Part shown: piece after piece, positions 37,141 through 46,817 of the stretch
How positions within the stretch are numbered: the first letter of the stretch is position 1
Layout of the letters: each line of letters opens with the position of its first letter
DNA from: a virus
Virus record (IMG/VR): IMGVR_UViG_3300036766_002288
Coordinates: 123,012-187,011 of that record
Length of the DNA stretch: 64,000 bases
Direction: 5' to 3' (one strand)
Notes under the pieces: generated by a model
Seen by the model: the letters and a program-made list of their open reading frames with translations, nothing else
What the model was told of the DNA's origin: nothing
Databases searched by the model: none
Program-made: the position numbers and the translations under genes

Positions 37141-38262
37141 TTACCAGCCCTCTTTAATGCAGTCTACGATGTAAGCTCGGTCTTTTTCAGTTACCCACCA
37201 GCCACAAGGGATTGCTATCATTTCTTTTGCGATTAGTTCCAGTCCAGGTAGTTGCGCCCTGAATTCTTTCAAGCAATCATGTTTGTCATTACGATCATGT
37301 ACTTGACTCACCATGATGCCTTTTTCTTTCATCTTTGTTATAAAGTTCTCTCTATTCCTAACCATTATTGTGTAAATCCAATAACTTGATTCATGATTAG
37401 TTTCATTCTCAGGTAGTGTTACACCAGGCATGTCCCATAGATTATTGTTATAGAACTTAGCGTTTTCTTTGTTTTTTTCAACTAAGCCCGATATATGTGG
37501 ATAATTTTCTATGCCGATAGTGGCATTAATATCATTCATATGGAATTTGAATCCAAAGTTCTTTATGTTTTGTGCGCATCTAAAATCTTGATTACTTGTT
37601 CTGTCTAGTCCATACCATCTTAATAATTTGGCATCATCGTGCCATAGTGCATTAGGGCTTATAATTAGTCCACCATCGCCAGTAGTAAAGTGCTTAATTG
37701 CCTGGAAACTGAATACCGAGAAATTGCCATGTGTGCCGATTAGTTTATTTTTGTATTTAGCACCCCATGCATGGGCACAGTCTTCGATTATATGTGGGGT
37801 GAATCCATATAGGTTGTTGCATTTTTCCTGTATTGTTTTTAATTTGTCAAGGTCTACTGGATAGCCACCCCAATGGACTACCATAACTGCTTTAGTTTTT
37901 GGGCTTATTTTTCTTGCAACATCATCTAAGTCAATATTGTAATTTCTTGGGTCAACATCAGCCCATCGCAGTTTCACTCCTCTTGAAAGTATGGCAAAGT
38001 TGGTTGCCGTGCAGGTCAATGGGGTCGTTATGATTTCATCATCTTTTTCAAAAGCTAATGTTCTTTTAATCATCTCTACGACAAGTTCTAATCCTGACGT
38101 GCAGCTATTTACTGTATTGACATAGGGGTTATCAAAATGATTGGATAACATCCTTTCAAATTCATCAACTTTTTTACCTTGCCCAATAAAGCCGCTCATT
38201 AATACTTTTCCTACTTCTATTGGTGCAGTAGGGGACATAAACACTTTAAATAAATCTATCAT
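37141..38262 (-). CDS. DegT/DnrJ/EryC1/StrS sugar aminotransferase
   Basis: VNSCTSGL, TPLTCTAT, VHWGG, IEDCAHA, FSFQAIKHFTTGDGG, GFKFHMNDI. Confidence 0.95.
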   Translation of the reverse strand: MIDLFKVFMSPTAPIEVGKVLMSGFIGQGKKVDEFERMLSNHFDNPYVNTVNSCTSGLELVVEMIKRTLAFEKDDEIITTPLTCTATNFAILSRGVKLRWADVDPRNYNIDLDDVARKISPKTKAVMVVHWGGYPVDLDKLKTIQEKCNNLYGFTPHIIEDCAHAWGAKYKNKLIGTHGNFSVFSFQAIKHFTTGDGGLIISPNALWHDDAKLLRWYGLDRTSNQDFRCAQNIKNFGFKFHMNDINATIGIENYPHISGLVEKNKENAKFYNNNLWDMPGVTLPENETNHESSYWIYTIMVRNRENFITKMKEKGIMVSQVHDRNDKHDCLKEFRAQLPGLELIAKEMIAIPCGWWVTEKDRAYIVDCIKEGW

Positions 38263-39041
38263 TTTGACTCCAGTGCCGTTTTGTATTCGGCAAATGCTGT
38301 ATCTGAGACTGACACCGATTGATGATATAATAGTTTTGTAATTGGTAAGTTTTTAATTTTAGGGCTTGAAGCGTGATACTTTGTAGAATAATTGTGTAAA
38401 TCTATTGTTTGGAACGATAGCCAGTTCATATTGTTTTGAATGGCCCAAGGATATAATAAGCAACCAGTGTCGTAATGTCCATTAGGTTTCAAAAATAATT
38501 CCTTGAAATTTTCTGGGGGACTATCACGCCACTCAAGTTTGAATCCAAGAAAATGATTTACGCCGAATTGTTGGGCAAACTTTTGGGTTGGCAATTTGGA
38601 TTTCCTTACCATCATGTTTACAACAGTAGGGAAGTATCCATGTACATACCAATTGGGATTATTTCTAGAAACACCAATCATATCAAGATTAAACTTTAGC
38701 ATTAGGTCATAATATAATTTGTCTACGTTGGTATAGAAAAATACATCTACGTCCGAGATAAGTATCAAGTCATTAGATGAGCAATCTATGGATTGGTGAA
38801 GTGCATGGAGGTGATCTTGACTTACATCCAATTTGTTAAATTTTCTGTACTCACTAAATGGGGAGCCTATTTCGCGGAAAGCGATACCATTTTCAATCCA
38901 CGTATTTGAATAAGTGTAATGTTGATCGGCTTTGCAGATTACGACTTCAGTTATTAATTTTGAGTGTTCAATTATTGATTTTTTGAAATGCTCAAAATAT
39001 CTTTCTACTTCTGGTATTGTGGTGGTTACTAATGTAATCAT
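38259..39041 (-). CDS. GT-A glycosyltransferase, subfamily A (copy A1)
   Basis: ILISDVD DxD; YDTGC...WLSFQTxD shared signature. Confidence 0.7.
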   Translation of the reverse strand: MITLVTTTIPEVERYFEHFKKSIIEHSKLITEVVICKADQHYTYSNTWIENGIAFREIGSPFSEYRKFNKLDVSQDHLHALHQSIDCSSNDLILISDVDVFFYTNVDKLYYDLMLKFNLDMIGVSRNNPNWYVHGYFPTVVNMMVRKSKLPTQKFAQQFGVNHFLGFKLEWRDSPPENFKELFLKPNGHYDTGCLLYPWAIQNNMNWLSFQTIDLHNYSTKYHASSPKIKNLPITKLLYHQSVSVSDTAFAEYKTALESK

Positions 39042-40024
39042 TTGTATTTGTTGGGTAAATATTTGGAATATAGTGGTCCATAATCAGGATGAGCATATAT
39101 TTCTTCTTCTAGCTCACGAACAACTGGTAGCCACTGTTTCAGTTTTTGTTCTTTACCAGTATCTATCTCCCAACTCATCGCCCCAAAATGAGTTATTAAG
39201 TGTGGGTCTAATTGCACAAATTTCAAGCCTTGTTGGACAGCATTATAGTAATGCCACGCACCCATTTCCATGCTTATATAATGATAATCAGCAGCTGTTT
39301 GTGGTGGATTGTCAAGTAACCCTAAATTCCTATAATATTTGAAAAACTCTTCAACGTTTCCAACCTTATCAGTCAATCTAAAAGGCGGCGTTTCTATGTG
39401 ATAACCACACCATGAAGACCCTAGTTTTCTAATCCATTTCTTTCGGCACACTAGAAAAGCACATAGTAGGTGCGGGAATCTTAATAATGGTTTATTTTGG
39501 TGTATCGCTGAGTCGCATTGACAACAGTGTAGGATTGGCGAATAAGCGATTACTACATTGGGGTCAGTGTAGAATTTGTCTTTAACCTCTTGTAGCCAAT
39601 TATGCTTGTTGATGATGATATCATCATGCATGATTAAATAGGCATCAGTATGTACCCAAGGAAGTGCCATCTCTACAGATTCAGGATGGCCTATTCGACT
39701 CCAAACTCTTATAACACTGACTGGCATATCGCGTTTGATTTTAGGCTCATCAATATGCCACCATTTTAGGCGTCTTAATTCTTCCAGAAAAGCCTGTTTC
39801 TGATCTTGGTTAGTCGGATCACCAGTTCTTTTATCTGGCCCATTAATAACCACCATGAAATGCTCAAGTAAGTCTTTAACTTTAGCTCTAAGTAAGAGCG
39901 AGAAGGTAGACCAGAGTAAACATTCTATCGGGGCCTGATATGTGGGGTATATGGCGGTTATTTTCTCTGGTACATGAGTTAATTCCACCGCGTCATCAAT
40001 ATCACAAATCATGTGGTTATGCAT
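39038..40024 (-). CDS. GT-A (GT2-like) glycosyltransferase, subfamily B (copy B1)
   Basis: KITAIYPT, INGPD, YLIMHDD; paralog of 42415-43410. Confidence 0.7.
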   Translation of the reverse strand: MHNHMICDIDDAVELTHVPEKITAIYPTYQAPIECLLWSTFSLLLRAKVKDLLEHFMVVINGPDKRTGDPTNQDQKQAFLEELRRLKWWHIDEPKIKRDMPVSVIRVWSRIGHPESVEMALPWVHTDAYLIMHDDIIINKHNWLQEVKDKFYTDPNVVIAYSPILHCCQCDSAIHQNKPLLRFPHLLCAFLVCRKKWIRKLGSSWCGYHIETPPFRLTDKVGNVEEFFKYYRNLGLLDNPPQTAADYHYISMEMGAWHYYNAVQQGLKFVQLDPHLITHFGAMSWEIDTGKEQKLKQWLPVVRELEEEIYAHPDYGPLYSKYLPNKYK

Positions 40025-41744
40025 ATATGTTCTCTATATTTTTTTTAGGAATAAATTCATTATAATCTTTGTTTGGGAAGTTTAAATAACAATTATCCTG
40101 TCCGTAAAATTTTATTGCATAATAATCGTAGTTTTCAGCGGCTTCTTGTGCCGTGGCGAATAAGCCAAGGTGTATAGGTCTTTTATTTATTACTAATTTA
40201 CTTATCCAGTGCTTGTTTTTTTGCAAAGTAATGCCCTTGAAGCCTGATTCTGATCTTGGAACTCTTAACCTTAGTATTTTTTGTATTTTTATTTTCTGTT
40301 GCTGAGTTCTTGGAATTTTTTTACAAATTTCTTTGTTTTGCTCACGCAATATAGCGTAATGTTCTAAATTTTTATTTCCATTTTTATATAACTCAAAAGC
40401 AGCTGACCGTATAGATACGGCTTTATTTTCAGTATTATAATTACCAAGGCGAATACATTGTCCGTTGATATAGATGAACGCAGACCAGCGGTTTCTTATG
40501 CGTTTGACTCCAGCATGTCCAGATGTATTAGATTTCATCAACAGAGAATGTCTGTCGATTTTTTGGCGGCTAATGCATTTATATTGAAAGCACTTCCAAG
40601 GTATGAAAGGTTTGATATTTTCAATAAAGTTAAACCAATTATCGCCGCCTATCCTGATGGTTGGTTTATCACGATGTTTATTTAATGTGCTAATTATTCC
40701 TAAATCTTTATATAATTTATCTCTCAAAAGGTTTACGTCATCATAAGTAAAAGATTCCGTATGCAGCATCAGGTTCCTACTACGGCTACAGTGATTGGAC
40801 CCATCATCGCACATCCATATTGCAGCAGTCTGCCAAGTTAATTTTAAATCCAATGGTACTATTTTTTGACTGTTTTTAACATAGGGGTCTTTATACCATT
40901 TTTTTCGGTACTCAGTGAACAGAGGATGGCAAACTGTATACAAGAAGGATGATGCAAGATATTTGCCGTTCCAGTGTTTTATATCATGGCAAATCATGCC
41001 ATTCATTGTGGAAGGTTTTCTAGTTTCTTTCTTACCATATGCTGACGAAAATGGTTCATATATTTGTTGTAAACCTTGTACGTATTCAGATGAATCTAAT
41101 TTTTGACATATTCTGAAACAGCTGTTTCCATTAGTTCCAGGTTTTAAATAACTTAACGACCCATCTCCTAGCATATTGCCAATAAAAATTTCTTCTTGTC
41201 TTTGTGAAAGTTTATCTGGGCATTGAAGTCTGTGAACGGTTGCTTTACCAAATACGCTATATTTACTTAAAAAGTTTTGCATACTGCTACAAGAAAGTCC
41301 ATATTCAATTGCTGTTTCTGCGACTGAATGAGTCTGTCTATATTGCGTTATTTCTGGGATTAATTTCGTATTTTTATTATTAGTTTCTGATTTGTAATAT
41401 GCATACCAACATTTACGTGAACAAAATCTAGCATTTTTTTCCATACGGTGTCGCTTAATTATAAATTTATTGTTACACCACTGACAGGATAATTCAACTT
41501 TTTTGCTGGTGTACGCTCCTACGCAGGCACGAGAACAAAATTTAAGTCTGTTGATGTCGTGTGGCATTACTAGGAATTGCTTGCTACATTGTTTGCAAAT
41601 TTTTTCAACTCTTTTTACACGTTGAACATGTTGAGAATCACTTGAACATTTACGAGAGCAAAATTTGCGTCTATTGGTGTCGTGTGGCATTACTAGGAAT
41701 TGTTTGTCACATTGCTTGCAAGTTTTTGTAAGTTTGTTGTTCAT
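40017..41744 (-). CDS. LAGLIDADG homing endonuclease with Zn-finger repeats and two AP2-like domains
   Basis: CKQC..F......RKFCSRxC repeats; GNMLGDGS and WMCDDGS; SNTSGHAGV...W...LG and SGFKGI...W...LGLF. Confidence 0.85.
   Translation of the reverse strand: MNNKLTKTCKQCDKQFLVMPHDTNRRKFCSRKCSSDSQHVQRVKRVEKICKQCSKQFLVMPHDINRLKFCSRACVGAYTSKKVELSCQWCNNKFIIKRHRMEKNARFCSRKCWYAYYKSETNNKNTKLIPEITQYRQTHSVAETAIEYGLSCSSMQNFLSKYSVFGKATVHRLQCPDKLSQRQEEIFIGNMLGDGSLSYLKPGTNGNSCFRICQKLDSSEYVQGLQQIYEPFSSAYGKKETRKPSTMNGMICHDIKHWNGKYLASSFLYTVCHPLFTEYRKKWYKDPYVKNSQKIVPLDLKLTWQTAAIWMCDDGSNHCSRSRNLMLHTESFTYDDVNLLRDKLYKDLGIISTLNKHRDKPTIRIGGDNWFNFIENIKPFIPWKCFQYKCISRQKIDRHSLLMKSNTSGHAGVKRIRNRWSAFIYINGQCIRLGNYNTENKAVSIRSAAFELYKNGNKNLEHYAILREQNKEICKKIPRTQQQKIKIQKILRLRVPRSESGFKGITLQKNKHWISKLVINKRPIHLGLFATAQEAAENYDYYAIKFYGQDNCYLNFPNKDYNEFIPKKNIENIYA
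41555..41702. repeat. 25-bp exact direct repeat, 123-nt period (duplicated Zn-finger module)
   Basis: TGTCGTGTGGCATTACTAGGAATTG at 41555 and 41678. Confidence 0.85.
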
Positions 41745-41747
41745 ATT

Positions 41748-42359
41748 TTAATCTCTTTTATAGTAAATTCTTTGTATTACAATCCCATTTTCATTATTGT
41801 CAGCTAATTCTAAGCCCCATACAAATGCTGGGGACATAGAACGTCTGTTATCTGGATATGGCATGTTTTGCCAAATATCAAAAGTGCTTAAATATAAAAC
41901 ATCTTTTTCAATTTTTGGGTCCATGTATAGTCCGTTAGTACTTGTTAAGGTTATTCCAGTGTTTTTTAAATCATCTTTCAGGATAATTTCTTTTTCCCAA
42001 AAATAACGAGAAGTAGGTATGTTGTGTGTTATTTTTTGGTATGTTCCGATTTCAAGTCCTGCATAACCTTGCGGTTCTGGCTCGCTACCTACTAACCAAC
42101 CACGATAATCACCGATATTAAAATCGCCAAGAATTTTTAAGACTGATGGTAGTTTTCTAAAAGTTTCATATTGAATATGATATACAAAAGGATTTTTCAT
42201 GACTTCTTTTAGAGACTCAATTTGCCAGCGATAATAGCGCCGATGACCACCTGCTGTTCTTTGTGGGATCAAATAACCCCGACTTTCGCAAAGTCGGATA
42301 GTTTCTGCACTAGTACCCCATATTTCAGCGGCCTCGCCTATCGAAATTAATTCATTCAT
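41748..42359 (-). CDS. MerR-type HTH fused to unknown domain
   Basis: ISIGEAAEIWG...TIRL...RTAGGHRRY. Confidence 0.7.
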   Translation of the reverse strand: MNELISIGEAAEIWGTSAETIRLCESRGYLIPQRTAGGHRRYYRWQIESLKEVMKNPFVYHIQYETFRKLPSVLKILGDFNIGDYRGWLVGSEPEPQGYAGLEIGTYQKITHNIPTSRYFWEKEIILKDDLKNTGITLTSTNGLYMDPKIEKDVLYLSTFDIWQNMPYPDNRRSMSPAFVWGLELADNNENGIVIQRIYYKRD

Positions 42360-42381
42360 AATCTTATATAGTGTGGATTCG

Positions 42382-42418
42382 ATAATTCTCAAAAATTATT
42401 TCGATTTTTGAGAATTAT
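42382..42418. promoter_or_regulatory. 15-bp perfect inverted repeat (operator or terminator)
   Basis: ATAATTCTCAAAAAT-N7-ATTTTTGAGAATTAT. Confidence 0.6.
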
Positions 42419-43410
42419 GCATATCTTGGTCCTCCAGGCATATATTTCACGTATAATTCAGAATAAGCTGGGTGTGCCATTATTTCATTTTCTAGATCAA
42501 TAATTTGGGTCTTGTAAGTTTCCATCTTCTTATTTGCAGTTTCTGCATTGGTATTGCTCATCTGTTCAAAGTGAATGATGTTGTCTTCCTTTAGCTTTGT
42601 GAATTTTGCACCTAATTGACAAAGTTTGTAGTAAAGCCATGCACCTATTTCTTGCCTGACAAAATTATACAATTCTACGGTTTGGATTTTCTCTGGCATT
42701 AAGTCACGATCTTCATAATATTTGAAAAATTCATTTTGGTCTGGTAACTCACTAATTTCAAACTGTAAAAAATTATCGTCTGATGGAATGTGGTAGCCAG
42801 TCCAACTTGCTCCCGCTTTCATAGTCCATCTTTTCTTAGCTACAAGGAAGGTCGTGTCTATTTGTGGCAGTCTTAGCAAATACATGCCACGGTGTATGGC
42901 ATAATCACAGTTACAGCCAAGTAGTTTAGGTGTATAGGCAATGGCTACATCTGGGTCATCATAGAAATTAGTTTTAAGTTCTGTAAGCCATTCTGGGTTT
43001 ATGAGGATTACATCGTCATGCATACACAAATAACTATCTGTATGCACCCAGCTTAGTGCCATTTCTAACGCTTCTGCATAGCCAACTCTGCTCCATGCAC
43101 GGATGACGGTAAGTGGCATTTGGCGACCAATTTCACCTGTATGAAACCAATCTAGGTCTCTTAATTCTTCAAGAAATTTTTGCTTAACGTCTTGCGGTTT
43201 AGGATCGCCAGTTCTTTCGTCTGGTCCATTAATATTGACGCAGATATGCTCTAACATTCCATGTGGTTTATTTCGGAGTAGTAGTGAAAATACTGCCCAA
43301 AGTAGACATTCTATGCCAGCATTCGAAGTGGGAATGATTGCAGTGATTTTATCTTTAAGATGTGTCAAATCGACGCATTCTTCTATGTTCATCGCCATTT
43401 GTGGGTGCAT
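42415..43410 (-). CDS. GT-A (GT2-like) glycosyltransferase, subfamily B (copy B2)
   Basis: KITAIIPT, INGPD, YLCMHDD. Confidence 0.7.
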   Translation of the reverse strand: MHPQMAMNIEECVDLTHLKDKITAIIPTSNAGIECLLWAVFSLLLRNKPHGMLEHICVNINGPDERTGDPKPQDVKQKFLEELRDLDWFHTGEIGRQMPLTVIRAWSRVGYAEALEMALSWVHTDSYLCMHDDVILINPEWLTELKTNFYDDPDVAIAYTPKLLGCNCDYAIHRGMYLLRLPQIDTTFLVAKKRWTMKAGASWTGYHIPSDDNFLQFEISELPDQNEFFKYYEDRDLMPEKIQTVELYNFVRQEIGAWLYYKLCQLGAKFTKLKEDNIIHFEQMSNTNAETANKKMETYKTQIIDLENEIMAHPAYSELYVKYMPGGPRYA

Positions 43411-43411
43411 A

Positions 43412-44284
43412 TCATTCCTCTAATTTCGACAACTCATACTCTTTTTTAAATTTAGCATAACGTTCCTCCACCATCATACCACTTGGTTTGCTTCCATGCA
43501 ATATAATTTGGTCTAATTCCAGGCCAATTGTTGTACCATGATTGCAATGATAGAGTAACTTTTGTTTTTGTGGTCTTGGTATTTTTAAGTTACATTTGTG
43601 ATATAAAGTTGAGTAAGTGTTGCAATCTAGGGTTTGAAAGGCTAACCATTTCCAATTTCTTTCTTTATTAAATATCCATAAATTACAACCCGTTTCAAAT
43701 AAACCGTTTTTATTAGGGAAAAGGTCAACATATTCAGGGATTGCCCCAGGTATAAGATATTTGCCAGGGAAATTAGTCTTTAGGTTAACTTGATTTTCTT
43801 CCGATTTGTACCCTCTTATTTTTAATTTATTTTCTAAGAATTTTGGGGTGGGTAGATCATTTTTTCGTACAAGAAGACTGATTTGATTTGGAAAGAAAGT
43901 TGCTGAATGTTCTACTGAATGATGATGTGAACAGCCTATAATGTTTAGGTTATGTTCTTTCATTAAATCAAAATAGATTTCATCTGCTGCATTGTAGAAG
44001 AATAAATCTGGGTCAGATAAAAATATATAGTCGTTTTTTGCTCTATCAATACATTCATGCAAACCAATTGCGTGTTGAATTCCATGTATTTGGTAGTTAG
44101 GACAACCAAACTTAATGAATTTAATCGAACCCACTTGCCATTCTTTATAGAAAGATTTTTCTGCGTCTACTTTTGCCAATAGAACTTCGGAGATAAGTTT
44201 TGTTTTTCTTAGTATTGAGTCCAGAAAGATTTTTTCAAAATATTTTTCTAGGCAGTCTAAGGTCACTGTACACAAACTAATCAT
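43412..44284 (-). CDS. GT-A glycosyltransferase, subfamily A (copy A2)
   Basis: HAIGLH, FLSDPD, FETGCNLW...WLAFQTLDC. Confidence 0.72.
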   Translation of the reverse strand: MISLCTVTLDCLEKYFEKIFLDSILRKTKLISEVLLAKVDAEKSFYKEWQVGSIKFIKFGCPNYQIHGIQHAIGLHECIDRAKNDYIFLSDPDLFFYNAADEIYFDLMKEHNLNIIGCSHHHSVEHSATFFPNQISLLVRKNDLPTPKFLENKLKIRGYKSEENQVNLKTNFPGKYLIPGAIPEYVDLFPNKNGLFETGCNLWIFNKERNWKWLAFQTLDCNTYSTLYHKCNLKIPRPQKQKLLYHCNHGTTIGLELDQIILHGSKPSGMMVEERYAKFKKEYELSKLEE

Positions 44285-45152
44285 TTTTCATTTCCTCAAA
44301 TTTCTGGAAGAAGGCTTCTTTTGCTGTGCTTTCTTGCTCTGCGTCGCCTCTTGAACCACTGATTAGATGGTATAGTAACTTGCGATTTTTGATTTTGTCT
44401 ATTCTAATATTACCCCTATTATAGGCAGTATTGTAAAGGTGGCAATCCGTTGTCTGAAATGCTAGCCATCTCCAATTTTTTTCGAGACTCCATAACCATA
44501 GGTTGCAGCCCACGTCAAACAGTCCATAGTCCTTAGATAAATTTTTGTTTGGAAACTTATCATATAAGCCTTCTATTGGGCCTTGTAGCAACCAGTAGCC
44601 ATCCATAGGTTCTGCGGTTTGGTTTTCCACTGTTTCTAAATTGTTTATATGGAGGGCATTTATTAATTTGATTTTACCTTTCAAGAAGGTGTTGGTCGGT
44701 AATGACCGTTTTTTAACCATGCTGTTCGTTATGCAGGGAAACCAAGTGAAGGCTTGTGTCATTGCTGCATGGTGAGAAATACCTATGTAGTCAATATCAT
44801 ATTCGTTGATTAAGTCTAAATATAAGGTTTCAACTGGATGATAGAAAAATACGTCAGGATCGCAGAACATGACGTATTCACTGTTTGCACGTTCAAGACA
44901 TGCGTGCATCCCTAGAGCATGACCATTTGCTAAGCAGTTCCATGTTTTATCTTTCCAAATGTCAAGTAAAGGGTGGCCAAACTGTTTGAATTGTATATTT
45001 CCCTTAGTCCAGACTCTATCGTAGTAGTTTTTTGCATCTATATGGGCAATGATGACTTCTGAGACGTTTTTACAGTGCATGGCTATGGATTCAAATAATG
45101 CTTCTATGAATACATCACACCCAGCGTAAAGAACAGTGCATATACTAACCAT
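44277..45152 (-). CDS. GT-A glycosyltransferase, subfamily A (copy A3)
   Basis: HALGMH, MFCDPD, FDVGCNLW...WLAFQTTDCH. Confidence 0.72.
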   Translation of the reverse strand: MVSICTVLYAGCDVFIEALFESIAMHCKNVSEVIIAHIDAKNYYDRVWTKGNIQFKQFGHPLLDIWKDKTWNCLANGHALGMHACLERANSEYVMFCDPDVFFYHPVETLYLDLINEYDIDYIGISHHAAMTQAFTWFPCITNSMVKKRSLPTNTFLKGKIKLINALHINNLETVENQTAEPMDGYWLLQGPIEGLYDKFPNKNLSKDYGLFDVGCNLWLWSLEKNWRWLAFQTTDCHLYNTAYNRGNIRIDKIKNRKLLYHLISGSRGDAEQESTAKEAFFQKFEEMKND

Positions 45153-45990
45153 CTTCGTATGCCTTTTTAAAAGTGTCTAATTCTTCTGTATTTCCCCTTG
45201 AGCCACTCCCTAGATGGTAGAGCAATCTTTCTTTTTTGAATCGTTCTTTCAGCCCAAAGTTGTTTTTGGAGAAACCTACTAAGTGATAAAATAACTTCAT
45301 TTTGTCCAGTCTATAATTTAACTTAATATTGCCCCGACAAAAATTAGTTGTATAATTATGACAATCTGGCGTTTGGAATGCTAGCCATTTACCATTCTTA
45401 AACTTATTCCATAGAGTTAGGTTACTTCCAGTGTCAAAATGACCTTTGGGATTGGGAAATAGATCAGCAAATTTTTCTATTTTGTTTGGGATTAAAAATT
45501 TGCCATCCAATGGTTGGTCGCCGTCTTTTAGATAACCTTTCAGGAAGTCATCCCCAGGTAGTTCTGATTTTTTAATAAGGCAGTTTCCAATCCAGGGGAA
45601 AAATGAGTATGCCATGATTGTGGCACTGTGATGAGAAGCTCCTACTATGCTTAAATCATGTTTATTCATTAAATTAAGATATAGTTCTTCTACAGGATTG
45701 TAGTAGATTATGTCTGGGTCTGAAAGTAATATATAGTCGTTTTTAGCCTTAGCTATACAGGCATGTAGGCCCAGAGCATGTTCAACGCCTTGTTGAGTTC
45801 GTTTGAGTGGATGACCAAATCTGACTATTTTTACATTACCTTTAGTATCTTCGTTTTTATAGTTGTCTATAGCATCGACTTTTGCGATTAATACTTCTGA
45901 AATTAGTTTTGTGTGTCTGACTATAGACTTTAGGAACAATTCCATGAATGGTTCCATTCCATTGAGTTCAACTGTACATAAGGAAATCAT
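45145..45990 (-). CDS. GT-A glycosyltransferase, subfamily A (copy A4)
   Basis: HALGLH, LLSDPD, FDTGSNL...WLAFQTPDCH. Confidence 0.72.
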   Translation of the reverse strand: MISLCTVELNGMEPFMELFLKSIVRHTKLISEVLIAKVDAIDNYKNEDTKGNVKIVRFGHPLKRTQQGVEHALGLHACIAKAKNDYILLSDPDIIYYNPVEELYLNLMNKHDLSIVGASHHSATIMAYSFFPWIGNCLIKKSELPGDDFLKGYLKDGDQPLDGKFLIPNKIEKFADLFPNPKGHFDTGSNLTLWNKFKNGKWLAFQTPDCHNYTTNFCRGNIKLNYRLDKMKLFYHLVGFSKNNFGLKERFKKERLLYHLGSGSRGNTEELDTFKKAYEDG

Positions 45991-46817
45991 TCTGCCTCCT
46001 TGGACTGGTCATAAGCATTTATAAAAGTATCCCAATCCCTGCCATTTGAGCCGCCGACTACATGATAGATGAGTTTTTGTTTAGGTAACTTGTCTATTTT
46101 TATATTGCCCCTATTACAGGTAGTTGAATAGGTGTGGCAGTCTGTCGTTTGAAATGACAGATATTTCCAATTTTTTTCTTGTGCCCATAGCCAGAGATTA
46201 CAGGAAGTGTCGAAATAACATGGTGCATATCTTGGATTTTTATTTGGAAATTTGTCATGATGTTCTGGCAAAGGGCTTTCAATCAAATACTTACCATCGG
46301 CCAGTTTATAATCATCATCAGGTCTTAAATCCTTGACGTGTAGAACCCCGAGTCGATATTTTAGTTGTCCTTTCATCCAATTTGGGTCGGGTAGGTCTGA
46401 TTTTTTCACCATTGAACAGACGACATATGGGAAGAAGGTATAAGCTTGGATTACTGATGCATGGTGAGAACAACCTATGTAGTTTATCCCGTATTTGTGC
46501 ATTAAATCCAGATACAACTTTTCTACTGGAGAGTAAAAGAAAATGTCTGGATCGCAAAACAGAAGGTAGTCGTTAGTGGCCCTATCTATGCAGGCGTGCA
46601 GACCCAACGGATGACCATACCACATATGCTGTGCCATGTGCCCAAACATGTGGAATTTTATTCCTCTTTCTGTCCAGGTTTTATCTAAGCTAGAGTCAGA
46701 ATCAACTTTGGCTATTAGCACTTCAGACACTAGTTCTGTTTTACGAAGGACAGAATCTAGCATTATTTTGATATGTTCTTGCAGTGAATCTATTAGAACA
46801 ACGCAAATTGTAATCAT
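45987..46817 (-). CDS. GT-A glycosyltransferase, subfamily A (copy A5)
   Basis: HPLGLH, LFCDPD, FDTSCNLW...YLSFQTTDCH. Confidence 0.72.
   Translation of the reverse strand: MITICVVLIDSLQEHIKIMLDSVLRKTELVSEVLIAKVDSDSSLDKTWTERGIKFHMFGHMAQHMWYGHPLGLHACIDRATNDYLLFCDPDIFFYSPVEKLYLDLMHKYGINYIGCSHHASVIQAYTFFPYVVCSMVKKSDLPDPNWMKGQLKYRLGVLHVKDLRPDDDYKLADGKYLIESPLPEHHDKFPNKNPRYAPCYFDTSCNLWLWAQEKNWKYLSFQTTDCHTYSTTCNRGNIKIDKLPKQKLIYHVVGGSNGRDWDTFINAYDQSKEAE

Noticed and set aside
41748-42359. IS607 element
   Set aside because: MerR-like HTH present but no serine-recombinase catalytic motif or TnpB
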